A stretch of 64,000 nucleotides of DNA from Calcarisporiella thermophila CBS 279.70 (taxonomy: Eukaryota; Fungi; Calcarisporiellomycota): positions 1 to 64,000 of the forward strand of contig NW_027192206.1 in NCBI RefSeq assembly GCF_041956535.1, read 5' to 3'. The notes under the pieces were generated by a model. It ran no database searches, was not told the origin of the DNA, and was given only the letters and a program-made list of their open reading frames with translations. This document shows, one piece after another, positions 1 through 11,900 of the stretch (within the stretch, counting starts at the first letter, position 1; each line of letters opens with the position of its first letter). The translations under genes and the position numbers were made by a program.

Positions 1-390
1 TCTAGGAAATTGGGCATCAACATCCATCTTAGATCTTTTCTACAGAAGAAATCGAGTGTTCAATGCAGATATCACCAGTGTGATCCTCTCGACCAACCGC
101 GAGAACACACAGTAGGGCCCTCTTATCTTGAGTTAGTCAACTTTGTCAAGTATATTCATGACATAAAGTGCTTATTAAGAGAACCACGAACGATAATCTT
201 ACTATATACTACAATTTTACTTAGAATGAAAAATTTTTCTCACGTCCTAATGATTCATCTGCTACTTTCCATATTCCAGAAAAGAGTTTATCACGGATTA
301 CTCATTATACTTTTGGATATTCATATATAAATACCCTGCCTGTAGGTTTCAATCTCGAAAATTAACTTAGTTCTCTCACAAAAAAAAACC

Positions 391-606
391 ATGAAGACAA
401 TCAGTGCTGTCGCTGTCCTTATTCTGTCGTGCTTCATTGCCCTCTCAAATGGGGCTCCCTTGGTTGAGCAAGTTCTTGACAATGCTCCTGTCCAATCTGA
501 AGCGAATTTTCTGACCAAGAGAGGTTGCCATATTACTCGAATTTGCATGGAAGAGTGTAGGAATTCTGGATACCCCAACAGTAAATGCAGAGAAATTTGC
601 TGCTAA
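391..606 (+). CDS. Secreted defensin-like (CS-alpha/beta-type) prepropeptide, 71 aa; predicted 27-aa mature peptide with 6 Cys
   Basis: Hydrophobic signal peptide (MKTISAVAVLILSCFIALSNG), then an acidic pro-region ending in KR (Kex2 site), then GCHITRICMEECRNSGYPNSKCREICC with spacing C-x5-C-x3-C-x9-C-x3-CC. TATA-like TATATAAA about 60 nt upstream. Confidence 0.8.
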   Translation: MKTISAVAVLILSCFIALSNGAPLVEQVLDNAPVQSEANFLTKRGCHITRICMEECRNSGYPNSKCREICC

Positions 607-2014
607 TCAGCTCTAAAATGATTCATGTCCATTTGTAATTGAAAATTTTGACTTTGTGTTGTAGCAGGAAAATAAATACATCCTATCTACCATAGTTTAG
701 CGTAAATAACGAGAATATAAATCAAATATCTCCTGCGCTAAGTTAAACACGTTAAAAATTAATGAATATTATGACTGAAATTATTTGCTTCTTGGCAACC
801 CTTTGTAGTACAAAAACGTGACCCTCGAAAATAATGAGAAATAAATGCAAATAAAATTTTCGTCAGGATGTTTGTCTGGCTTGGTTCATTTATAGTTTAT
901 TTCAGAAAAGTTGTACATCTTGAATAAAGCAGATGTCGAAGGTGATCACCGGGAATGATGATGAGTGTTCACCGAAGTTTGAAGAGTAATTAATAGGTGA
1001 TTGGTCGTAAAAGCAGTATCATCCAACTTTATATTGTACTCCGTATTACATCAATAGAAACTGAATACTATTTATCCAAGCCGTAACCCTGTATAATGCA
1101 GATGCTTATACAATCGCACTAATATAATTGTAATAAGCACAAGTAGGGTTCGACATATACTAATGTTTATTACACTAAAATAAGTTCGTAAAAAGACGTA
1201 AAGTCAATTCGTAAAAAATTCGGTTAAAGATTCGGTGAAGACGTAATTAAGTTCTACAAGTGGTTTTATACGTAAAGTTAAAATATCCGAGATCGATTGT
1301 CGATAAATTAAACATATATTAGTTATTGTACTTGTTACAATAATACTGTAAATAGATACGAGAGAAATATGCACATATTATTTGCAAAACTTCAATTTGG
1401 AAACATTCTGTTCAAAAAGATATTAATATTCATTCATTTATACCGAAATATTATATCTACTTTACAATATATCTTGCTTTGTTAATCTAGATTATCTTTT
1501 TAATGCTACATCTCCAATTACAGTACATAATTCAGCATCGACATTAATAAATGTTTATACTCTCTTTTCTTTGGTAGAGCGTTTCATCCAAACCGATTTT
1601 CCTTATAGTTTCATTGGAACCTTCAATCCTAACCGGTCATAGAGAAAGATAGTTGTTGAGTGTCAAGTGATATTGATGTAGAGATCATTGAATTAAATTT
1701 CTAAAGTTGAAGCTAAATGAGAGCCCCAAATACGAGGACCCCTTATTTTTGTTTTATGTACTGTGGATACACGCAGCTTTCTTTCTTTGGCGTGCGACTG
1801 TTTAAATGGATGGTTAATTTTCACTGAAGTTATATTGCAATACAAAGGATGTGGTCGCAAAGTACAATATATGGAATATTCTAAGCTTGATCAGATGTAC
1901 TGAATTTAGAAATTAGGGAAATAAAATTTCAGGAACAACTGCAACAGTTAATTTATTACCATGTATAATATCATTATTAATTGGTCGAAAAGGAATTAAA
2001 AAGGAGATAATTTA

Positions 2015-2896
2015 TTACAATAAAGAAACCGTGGGGGACATAAGTAGGTTCAAGTTTAACCAAGATATAAAGTAAACTTCATAGGCAGTTTTTACATCAA
2101 CATCCAAGACGAGCTTTAAAAATATCATTCCAAATATAAAGATATTGATTACTAGGTAAATAAGTGAAGGAACTGTCCTAGCAATTGGATGGAGAAGTTC
2201 TTCAACAATGACAGAAAATAATATCAAAAGTGAAGTAAGAGCATGGGCGATCCTTGTATATTTCATTCCGAATCGTATGGGAAGGGTAGTTCTTCCAACC
2301 TTTCGGTCACCTTCGACATCTCTAAGGTCTTGAATAGGGATTAATAGAGTCAGCTGCGTGGCGATGAATAATATCCATCGATATATTATTGGATCTTTCC
2401 TGACGTCTACCTGATTCATAATACTCATATCGACTACGATTATTACGTATACGCCAGGAAATAATAGTAAGTTCTTCATAAATCCATCCTTCCCAAAGAA
2501 TTCCGTGAAGTTTAATAGAATTGAGCAACCGATCCATACTGTGGTTTCCGTCAGATACCCTAGGTGATACCCCCAAAGCATATAGATTATAATTGATATA
2601 ATCAGGTGTCCCCAAGCTCTTTGTATAGTAGTGAGTCCAGAAGGAAGTGGTCTATTTGGCTTGTTGATTTTGTCTTCCTCTATTCCCGCAATGTGATTAC
2701 CTACATTGAATTGATACAGATAAAAAAGCTGATAAATGATCGTTCGCATAATTCTTCCAAAGAGTATGGACATTGGCACATGACGAAGATGCCAAGCTTG
2801 TGAAAGCCCAATAGATAATCCTGGAATCAGAGCAGCTCCAAGATTGCTCTTCGCAAAATGATAGATTTCCTTTTCTAAAGTAGTAATAAATATCAT
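2015..2896 (-). CDS. UbiA-superfamily membrane protein, UbiA-type terpene cyclase-like (293 aa, intronless CDS)
   Basis: Multiple TM segments. Motifs NHIAGIEEDKINKPNRPLPSG (NxxxGxxxD..NKPxRP) and QDLRDVEGDRKVGRTTLP (QDxxDxxGD). Confidence 0.85.
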   Translation of the reverse strand: MIFITTLEKEIYHFAKSNLGAALIPGLSIGLSQAWHLRHVPMSILFGRIMRTIIYQLFYLYQFNVGNHIAGIEEDKINKPNRPLPSGLTTIQRAWGHLIISIIIYMLWGYHLGYLTETTVWIGCSILLNFTEFFGKDGFMKNLLLFPGVYVIIVVDMSIMNQVDVRKDPIIYRWILFIATQLTLLIPIQDLRDVEGDRKVGRTTLPIRFGMKYTRIAHALTSLLILFSVIVEELLHPIARTVPSLIYLVINIFIFGMIFLKLVLDVDVKTAYEVYFISWLNLNLLMSPTVSLL

Positions 2897-4885
2897 AAGC
2901 AGATCTAATATCTATAGAAAAAGTGGATAAATCAATTTAGAAATGGAAAATTAAGCAAATTTCAGAAATTGTTTCAGAAATTGATCTGGCATATTACTTT
3001 TGATTTAGATATCTAACTGTTGATAGAAGAACGATTCTTAAGCAGAAAAAATATCCAAGTCATGAAAAATCAGTGAAAGTGAAACATACATTTGGGATCA
3101 TTTTATATTCTATAAGAATAAAGCACCCTCCTAAACATATTTCAGATTTTTTACTTAATTTACATACCATTAGAGTTTAATTGACCTTGAATATAAAAAC
3201 GAGATTTTAACTGTCCAATCCAAACAGGATTAAAAAATAATACAATCCCAAGTTAAATCCAGAAAGTAATAAAATAAATTGCTTTATATTTCAAAAATAG
3301 AGTTCGTGGATTTATTGGAGAGAAAACTGGTGTTTTAATGTACGAACTTGGCTTTGTATAATAAGAAAAATCCTGAGTGCTTTGTTATAGTTCATAAAAA
3401 ATAGTCTAATGGAAATCGTAGCTACAAATTGTATTAGAACCTCAACATTATAATAACTTTGGCAGGAGAAAGACGTAAAAGTCAGTTAACTACATCCCCT
3501 AAACTGATTTCATGGATACATATTATTCCTATTAAAGTAATAAACTGGAGACATCGGAGTCTTGATTTTGAATAAAGAAAATATATTTCTACATTTTGCA
3601 GATTTTTTGTTATAGGTACAATGTTATAAATTTGATGCTCATCGCAAATCAAAATGTCTCTTAAAAGTTTCTCGACAACTTATTATTTTTTAAATTCAAC
3701 CTAAAGATTCCTTCACAAACATATCTAATATATAAAACATTTATATTGTTGAATGGATCACTCGCATCATCGTTCTTATGATAATCCCATATGCAATGAA
3801 AATATCATTTCTAACTTTCAATACGAAAAATAATAGTTTATTATAGAAAATTTCATTTTTTATAAATTGAAAATACTATGATTACAACATTTTATTCTTT
3901 TTCTCTACAGACTCATCATAACAAATGATCAGGATAAAGAAGAGTAAAGTACAAGTTGACCACCATTAGTACATCCTTCGACTTTAATAAGATCTTAAAT
4001 CTGAAATATTTCTTGCTTGCTAAGATTTTACCACTGGAGTGGCGCTATAAAATTAATCAGCAAGATATACGGATAAAGTTCGGAATCGAGACTTCCTATA
4101 ATATGGCGTGCGAAATCAATGCAGTGAGAAGTTACCCAATTTAACAGGGCACGTTTTGCAACAAGCAAATATAGCATATTTCAACCTCTATGTAATATTC
4201 GTTTATTATATATGCTTTTTATATATTTATTGTTATTAAGTTTATTCAAATATGTATAATGTTTTCATTACAATGCATTCTAATAAAATACTAGATCTCT
4301 TTTATTTTTATTGTTCCTCACTTTGCCCGTCACTACAATAATAATGATTTCGTCTAAAGGAAAAAACCATGTATCATTTAATTTAATGAATTAAAAAAGA
4401 TTTTAAGATAAATCATTGTTATTTGCGAAGAGAGTTACATGAGGGTATTCTATTATATACTGGGGAGCATCAATGTGAGTAGTTTTATTAATAGTATAAA
4501 CATTTTGTAAATCGGAATTTATAGCCTAGAATTATATAAATTTTAACAATAATAAGCTATCACAATATTTTTAGTTGAGATGCAATTTTGATGGGGATAT
4601 TACCAAGTCAAATGACTATCCATTCTGTGATATTAATTCAGCCAAGTATTTCATGCAATTGTGTTGCTTTGATTTAAAAAAGAATTTCAGCCACAGCCCA
4701 CGTCATATACCTGCTGAAAATGGGAAAAAGGTTAGATTCCGAAAGGTCAAAAGATTAATTTAATTTTGCCAAGTCATCACATTCTGAAGCTTGGCAGATA
4801 TATGGTATAAAATAGTCTGGAAATTGTACAATCTCTCCCACTCAATAATTTCTTAATCATCCAGTAAGTGTCCTGCAACTATATA

Positions 4886-6058
4886 ATGGATATTTCGAAG
4901 TTGTTTAGTGTCAAGGGAAAAGTGGTACTTATAACCGGTGGAAGTCGTGGGTAACTATAACTTGATATTATTTTATTGTGGTCTCAGGATTTTAAGTTAT
5001 AATTGACCTTTTTATGTCTAGTATTGGAGAAATGATTGCTACTGTAAGAATTTTTCCTTAAATTCAGTCGGATGTTCTCAAGCTGAATTCTATTCAACTA
5101 TCTTTTTCAATATTGCTGGTATAGGGCTTCGTTTCAAATGGAGCTAAAGTCTACATCGCAAGTAGGTCAGTTGATGTGTGCAATCAGGTAATGCGATAAG
5201 CTGCTTGTCAATGCTTTCACTTATAGCTTACGAGTTATTACAATTTTTTCTAACCCTTCAATTTATTATATCATGCTTAAGGTCGCTGCCAGATTAAATG
5301 GACAAGGACCGGGCCAATGCATAAGCATTCCTGCTGATTTGAAGCATCTTGATGGAATATCTCAACTAGTGGAAAATTTGACGAATCGGGAAAATCACCT
5401 CGATATTCTAGTGAATAATGCAGGAGTGACCAATAACCAAGAATTCGACACCTATACCGAGGAGAGTTGGAACGATATTTTTGACGTCAACTTGAAAGCC
5501 CCTTATTTTTTGACCAAGGCGTAAGTAGGGATTTTGATATTGAGAGTAAAGAAATGAATCTTTGAAATAAGCGTTCTATGCGACCTATCTACTTAAACAG
5601 TATACTGATGCATAGCTTACTACATTTTGTTTCTTTTTATTGACAGCCTTATTCCTCTGCTAACTGCTAAATGTACACAAGAAGATCCGAGTCGCGTAAT
5701 TATGATAGGCTCTATTGCTGCAATGATCAACTCACCCATGCCGAGTTATGTGTACAGTGCTTCTAAGGCCGGTCTTCACCGTATGACAGAAGCGCTTGCT
5801 CCTCTGCTGGGCCGTCGCCATATTACCGTGAATTCAATTGCACCAGGAGTTTTCCCATCTGAAATGACAAAAGACATAATCTCAGAAGAAAATGAAGCCT
5901 TTTTGAGTGAACTTAAAAAAGCAATTCCAGCTGGGCGCATTGGTGAATCTGAAGATATTGCGGGAACATGCATTTATCTAGCATCGCGCGCTGGCGCATA
6001 CACGAATGAAGCGACCATTGTGGTCGATGGTTGTGTCACATATGCTAACAAGAGTTAA
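4886..6058 (+). CDS. Classical short-chain dehydrogenase/reductase (RhlG/FabG-like), multi-exon
   Basis: Spliced reading MDISKLFSVKGKVVLITGGSRG|IGEMIAT|GFVSNGAKVYIASRS..., with TGxxxGIG, NNAG, YSASK catalytic motif, NSIAPG and VDG. GT-AG introns including a micro-exon near 5022-5043. Confidence 0.92.
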
Positions 6059-7565
6059 CTATCGTAATGGATGATGTTGCTTGATAAGAAGAAAATCAAC
6101 TGTCTGTGAAACCTAAGCCTATATGAAAATAATGTTAAAACTTAGGTATAAGATCTTGAAATTCCTGAACATTTACGAGTTATTTTACTTATTTTCTATA
6201 TAATTCCATCTGATTTATTTTATTGCTTGTCTCATATTATTTCTATTAAAATTTCTCTGTCTTCCAGCCGAATCGCATTGCAAATGACCATAATAGCAAT
6301 ATTGGTTTCATTATAAAAACCTTTTCTTATTTTTTTATCGCTACTTCAACCTCGTTACAATATTTCATAAAAATAATAAATGCATATTCTAATCGTGGAT
6401 ATTTTATAGAGAATTTTATTTTTGGGTACTTTTATGTATTTATAGATCAACAATATTCGCGTACAAGTAAGCCTTGTCCGAGATTTTCCCTGGAACAATT
6501 CGATAAATCATTATAGTGCATTCTCGACATCTTTTACTTTATACTTCGATAATGGATGATTTTTCCCTCTCACAACCTTTGCAAAACTCCTCTTATGAAA
6601 AATACTCTTCCTGTAGATCTTTAAGTCCACAAATCGTAATCTCTCAACAACAGCATTTCGCATACTCTTCGTGTAATACGACTCCTCAGTATTATATTAA
6701 TATCATTCTACTGACATAATACGAACAAACTTATTCATGTGAGTGATTTTATTTTCGAGCAGCTTGCTACAAACCCTTTCAAAATGTTTCATCAGATAGA
6801 GACTATTTACAATACAGTCATTGTCAGGTTCCGTTATCTATTACTGGGAAATTGTATAATCACAAAATGTCTCGTTTTCTTCGATTCATTTAACTCGTTT
6901 ATGACTATTGTTTGATAATACAAACAAACCTCAACAAACTAATCCAGAATTATCTCTCAAAGCAGGTTTCATTTCTAAACCTCTCTTCCACGATGATTGA
7001 TCATCACATAATCGCAGCAGAAATATTACTCATCTCTAATTAACAATAAACAATCAAATGACACTTTTGTAGGCTAGTTTTCTGCAATAAGATTAATTTA
7101 TCATTTTCTTTAAAATTATAAGAAGAATAATACCGTAGTATACCCGATGATCTTGGTCACAAATCATTTAAATTACTAAGAAAAGAATTTACCATTTTTG
7201 ATAAAATATTGGAAATGCCATTCCAAATGAAGCTAAAACACGTGACAATTCTCAGTAACAACATGAATCTCACCCTGATTGAAAATGGATTATGAAGCAA
7301 AAAGTGTTCGTCTTAAGACACTTGAACTCGCGATACCAATGGGGCTGCAAGTTTGAAACACACGGACTACTTAAGTAGATCGCGATCTAATCAATGTACA
7401 AATTTAGGAAAGCAACACGAATGTGAACTCGAAGAGATATCAAAATTTTTGAATAATAAAATTGTCACAGTTAAGTGGGTGGCTGAGTTAGGGAGGCATA
7501 ATTCAAATTTCAACTCAAGGCTAATCAGAATCTAACAACGTGAAAAACCCCAATATGTCATGTTA

Positions 7566-7577
7566 GATAAGCTTATC
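7566..7577. promoter_or_regulatory. Palindromic double GATA element (GATAAGCTTATC) upstream of the acyltransferase
   Basis: Perfect 12-bp palindrome holding two inverted GATAAG sites, about 30 nt before TATATAAA (~7608) and about 90 nt before the ATG at 7664. Confidence 0.35.
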
Positions 7578-7663
7578 CTATTGGGGACATTTAAACCCAG
7601 CAATCCTTATATAAATATCGAGATTTCATTAAACCTCGAAAATTTCGACTCATTTAATTAGTT

Positions 7664-8977
7664 ATGGTCACTTCTCAGGTTTCCGAGCAAAAACTCCATG
7701 CTCTGAGCAATCTGGACCACATTGCAACACCAGTATATGTTACAATCTATCTGTTGTACCCGAATACAAGTGATATCGCTTCTGTTATGAATGATGATTC
7801 AATGAAAGCATCATTGGCAAAATTGTTGGCTCTCAACCCCATTCTGGCCGGTCGCCTAGAAATACATGGTAACTCGCCTAAGGACAAACGAATTTTCGTC
7901 AACTACAGTGAGCCATTTACGGTTGATGAAATGTATAAATCTCAAAATTTCGATGCTTGCTATTCAGAGCTGGAGCAAAATGGGTTTAACTTGGATCATG
8001 AGAAAATTCAATTTCATCGAGCACCAGAGCCCGGTAGCATGTCGCAGCCGCTTATTCAAGCGCAGTTAACGCGCTTCCGCGACGGTGGTATCCTTCTTGC
8101 CGTTAGCATTTCACATTTAATTGCTGACGGGAAGGCAATGGCCAACATCGTGAGAGTATGGAGCGAAATTAATCGAGGAAAATCTGCCCGACATTTTGTG
8201 TTTGAAAATGCTAATCTCGCGCCAACTTGTGATGCACCGACATTAGATCATACTGAATTTGGGCCAGTTCCCACTATCTCAAAAGGCGATCAATTCCAAA
8301 AGCGTTCCGTGTATCTCCGTTTGACTCGCGCTCAGCAGCTAAGTATCAAGGCGGATATACAGGCCCTGCGGTCTGCGGACGACAAAGGTTGGATATCGAC
8401 GCATGATGCCCTGTCCGCAATATTATGGCGCGCGTACGCACGAGCGCTTGGGCTTTCCAAATCGACAGACATATTACGTCTTGTTGTTGTGAAAAATTTG
8501 CGAGCTGATGCCGGATTACCAGTTGAGAGTATGGGAAACCTTTTAGGCATATTTATGGCTTCAGCCACTGGTGACGTGGTAACTGATGCTGCTCAACTCT
8601 GGCACTTGGCGCGCATCTCCTGGAAGGCTAAGCGACGATATGACGCGGCTATCTACCTGCAATCACTATCGAATGCTATCGAACAGCTGCCTGATAAGTG
8701 TTTCACTCACGTAGTATGTGCCGATCTCGGTATGAATGATATTGGTATCAACGACTGGGCCTCACTGGGTTTCGATTTGGCCGATTTCGGTACCGGTACA
8801 CCGCAACGGGTACGTTTGCCCGACACAATTGGTCCGCCGTTCCTTTTACCGGTACCAGGGTCGGACGGCGACATAGAAGTACGGTTGTCAAATATGACTT
8901 CCATCGTCGATGCAATGGTGAAAGATGAGTACGTGAGCAAATATTTGACCGGCAACAATGCTCCGGCGGCTGTCTAA
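7664..8977 (+). CDS. BAHD/transferase-family CoA-dependent acyltransferase (437 aa, intronless)
   Basis: PILAGRL, QLTRFRDGG, catalytic HxxxD (SHLIADG), STHDALSA and C-terminal DFGxG (ADFGTG). Confidence 0.92.
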   Translation: MVTSQVSEQKLHALSNLDHIATPVYVTIYLLYPNTSDIASVMNDDSMKASLAKLLALNPILAGRLEIHGNSPKDKRIFVNYSEPFTVDEMYKSQNFDACYSELEQNGFNLDHEKIQFHRAPEPGSMSQPLIQAQLTRFRDGGILLAVSISHLIADGKAMANIVRVWSEINRGKSARHFVFENANLAPTCDAPTLDHTEFGPVPTISKGDQFQKRSVYLRLTRAQQLSIKADIQALRSADDKGWISTHDALSAILWRAYARALGLSKSTDILRLVVVKNLRADAGLPVESMGNLLGIFMASATGDVVTDAAQLWHLARISWKAKRRYDAAIYLQSLSNAIEQLPDKCFTHVVCADLGMNDIGINDWASLGFDLADFGTGTPQRVRLPDTIGPPFLLPVPGSDGDIEVRLSNMTSIVDAMVKDEYVSKYLTGNNAPAAV

Positions 8978-11900
8978 GCTCTGACAGAGGACAGGGCCTT
9001 TTTCCCATAGCCAAGGATAGTATTGCCCCTTATTTATTATGCTACTCTTCATTTGTAATGATCATTTAAACTGCATATTATTTTGTACGATATATTACAA
9101 GATGATTGAGGGTGTGATTATCATATAATGACCTCCTCCATTGCTCTAATTTACTTTCTCTTATATACATTTTTTTTACTTAATTATTTCTATTTAAGTT
9201 GAACTCTTGTGATCTTTGATACTGATAAATGAATCCCAAGCGCAATACCATTCAATGCAGCCCTAACTCTAGCTATTCTCTCTAAAACAATTTATATCTC
9301 ATTGCTGTTCACGAAGGCAAAGATATATATGATATGACTTCTCATCATATAAACTAATTATTGGCAGCTTCATCTAGCTGATAAAGTTGAAATAGCCGAG
9401 AACTCACTACTAATGACAAACGAGCGAGCATGCTGATGTACGATATCGAAAACATGAGGATTAGCTGCAAGAGATGTACTACATGAATTTCCAACCATAC
9501 TCCAAACAAAACGATAACAATATTAAATCAAATTTTTTTCAAGCTTTCGATTGAATGCTTATACCGAGCATAACATTTCCAAGCAGTGTCCACATTGAAG
9601 CTAGATGCACCAACGCTCTTTCCCCCGCCCCAGTTAGAAAGGTGCATCTTTTCGAGATGACAGGCTCGCATATAAGCAGTGAACTCTTCCATGTGCTCGG
9701 CGATTACTCCGCAGCTTTACTGCCAATGAGCTACAGTGGTTCTACGGGAACAATTTTGTACATCATATACCAGTATCGGCTAAAGAATAGATAGTGGAGA
9801 AATTGCTAAGAGTGATTCCGACACGATGCTGGTAGAGAGTAGTGAGAACAGCTATCTAGTATCTCCACAGGACCCAATCAGACCTTAAAGTCTCTACTCT
9901 AAACCGTGAGATAGAACGGCCCTTGCAAAAATTTAAGCTAGATTTTTTGTCAGGGCGCCCAAACTCCATCAGATGCTAGAGATACTTATCAGCACCCTAA
10001 GAATTTGAATTTCACCCAACTAGAAAAGTGAAATAAACATTAGAGATAATTCAATTTACGGGTCATTAATTGTATATAATGGATCAATAACGCAATGTGA
10101 AAGAGAATGTCTCACCTCTCCCATGCTCCACGACTTGGCACTAACTTTTGATGGTAAACCAGGTCTATTTGGTTCTTTTGATATCTTCTGGTTCATCTTA
10201 AATGAGGCTACCAGCGATATCTTTTTATGATCAGAATGGATCTATGCTTTTCACCGACTACTACGAATGTTTTCATATTGGATAGAATCGCTCTTGATTT
10301 GGCGATAATTCTTAGTTACACTTTCAATCGATTTTTCTCGCTTGCCCAAACCCCCCCCTTTCCGGCTTCACCACATTGCTGCCTTAATCGCTCTCTCTTA
10401 TCCCTAGCATCCAGCTTTATTCGTTCTCGTGATTGGCGGGCTAAATTAGTGATGCGCTCATGCGTCAACAGTATTCTCACCAATGGCGTGCACTTTTTTC
10501 CTTTGCTCTATTTAAATTCTCGAATATTTCAGTAGCGTTGCTTTTTAATCCAACCATGAGGTATGGAATAGAAACGACATGGAACACCGTATATATCGGA
10601 TAAAGATCGCGGTTTAACCAGTAACACCATCAGATGTATGGTGAAGCATAGGGGTTGACCATAAGCATATCATATTACAACACTTGATCAGCCCATCTCT
10701 CTTCATTAAGTCCAATCACAACTGAACTCGGGGGATACGCCACTTTTGTAATAATGGAAGAGAAGTGCCCCGCGGTGTTGCAAGAATTCAAGCCCTTTTT
10801 TGCAACGACCGCCACCGGGAAATCAATTAAAATGTCGCCCGAAATTTGAATACCTCGGCAGATAAGTCGCCTGCGGTCAACCTATTCTCTAATTGGTTGA
10901 CTAACTTTGGAAGCAAGGTCGGCAGGACCTTTATATTCCCCAGGGCTGCGGAGCAATCGCCGGATTCCGATTCTGTATTGAGCCATAACGATCGCAATCA
11001 CCTGATAAGCACCCTAGGGGGACCCATCGGGACACCATACTGGTAGGCTTGTGCTCTGAAGATTTGAGCCAAGCTATATACATGTATTTGGGAAAACACA
11101 TTCCTACTTTAGGTCAGCGCTGCAGGATCCAGGTCTCAGAACAATTTGCCAGTTTACGAGGTCTTTCTTATAAATTGACCTCCTTGGTTTCCTTTACGTG
11201 CTGCCACAAATTGCTTCTCTACATAATGGGTACATCATAGCATTTTTTTGGGATATATTTGATTTTCAAGTACAATTTTGACGATGCCAAAAAGATTAAA
11301 CTAGTGATACTACTTCAAGAAAGTTTGTGGCTTTGAGCACCGTCAAATTCCAAGGCTCACAGATGGTCCATCCACAGTTTTCTGATTTTGACTCATTACA
11401 ATTGCGATTTTGATTGCTCTTTAATATTGCAAGCTAACACGTTAAACCAAGATCGCGTTAGAAGAAACCTTTGACTCATATATAGGAACTACTTTTGTCG
11501 TTCAGAAGCAAACATTCACACCTAATGAAAGCATATATGGGAGGAGATAAGTCTTGCTAGAGGGATCTTTATTCTCGAGAGAATAGTTGAACCTTGGTTC
11601 ACTGCTTAAGGTGCAAAGAGTTATAACTCTCATTTTAAAAACCATTAGGCTCTCAAAATGTCCATATCTGAAAAAGGTATTGGATCCAACCTGGATAATA
11701 AGAGCATGCGATTAATGCTGAAGCAGTAAACTAGAGTACAATGCCTTGACTAAATGTAATTGTTGCCAGATTATTGATTACGTTTGTACTTAATCTGCTC
11801 TTTCCGAAAGAGGCTTCTCTATGGGGTAATTGGAAGCAATCCACCTCAACTGAAACACGTACACGACGCTTGGAATATTTGAGTGGGAGATTCAAGATTG

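Noticed and set aside
1183-1280. Cluster of TTCGTAAA/TTCGGT/GACGTAA words
   Set aside because: Irregular and short, with no consistent period or spacers. Not a supportable array or element.
2015-2896. UbiA gene as housekeeping COQ2/COX10
   Set aside because: It lacks the NDxxD motif and a mitochondrial presequence. The motifs fit the cyclase-like subgroup better.
6480-7100. Possible decayed coding or transposon relic between the SDR and BAHD genes
   Set aside because: No recognisable motif or terminal repeats in any frame I read.
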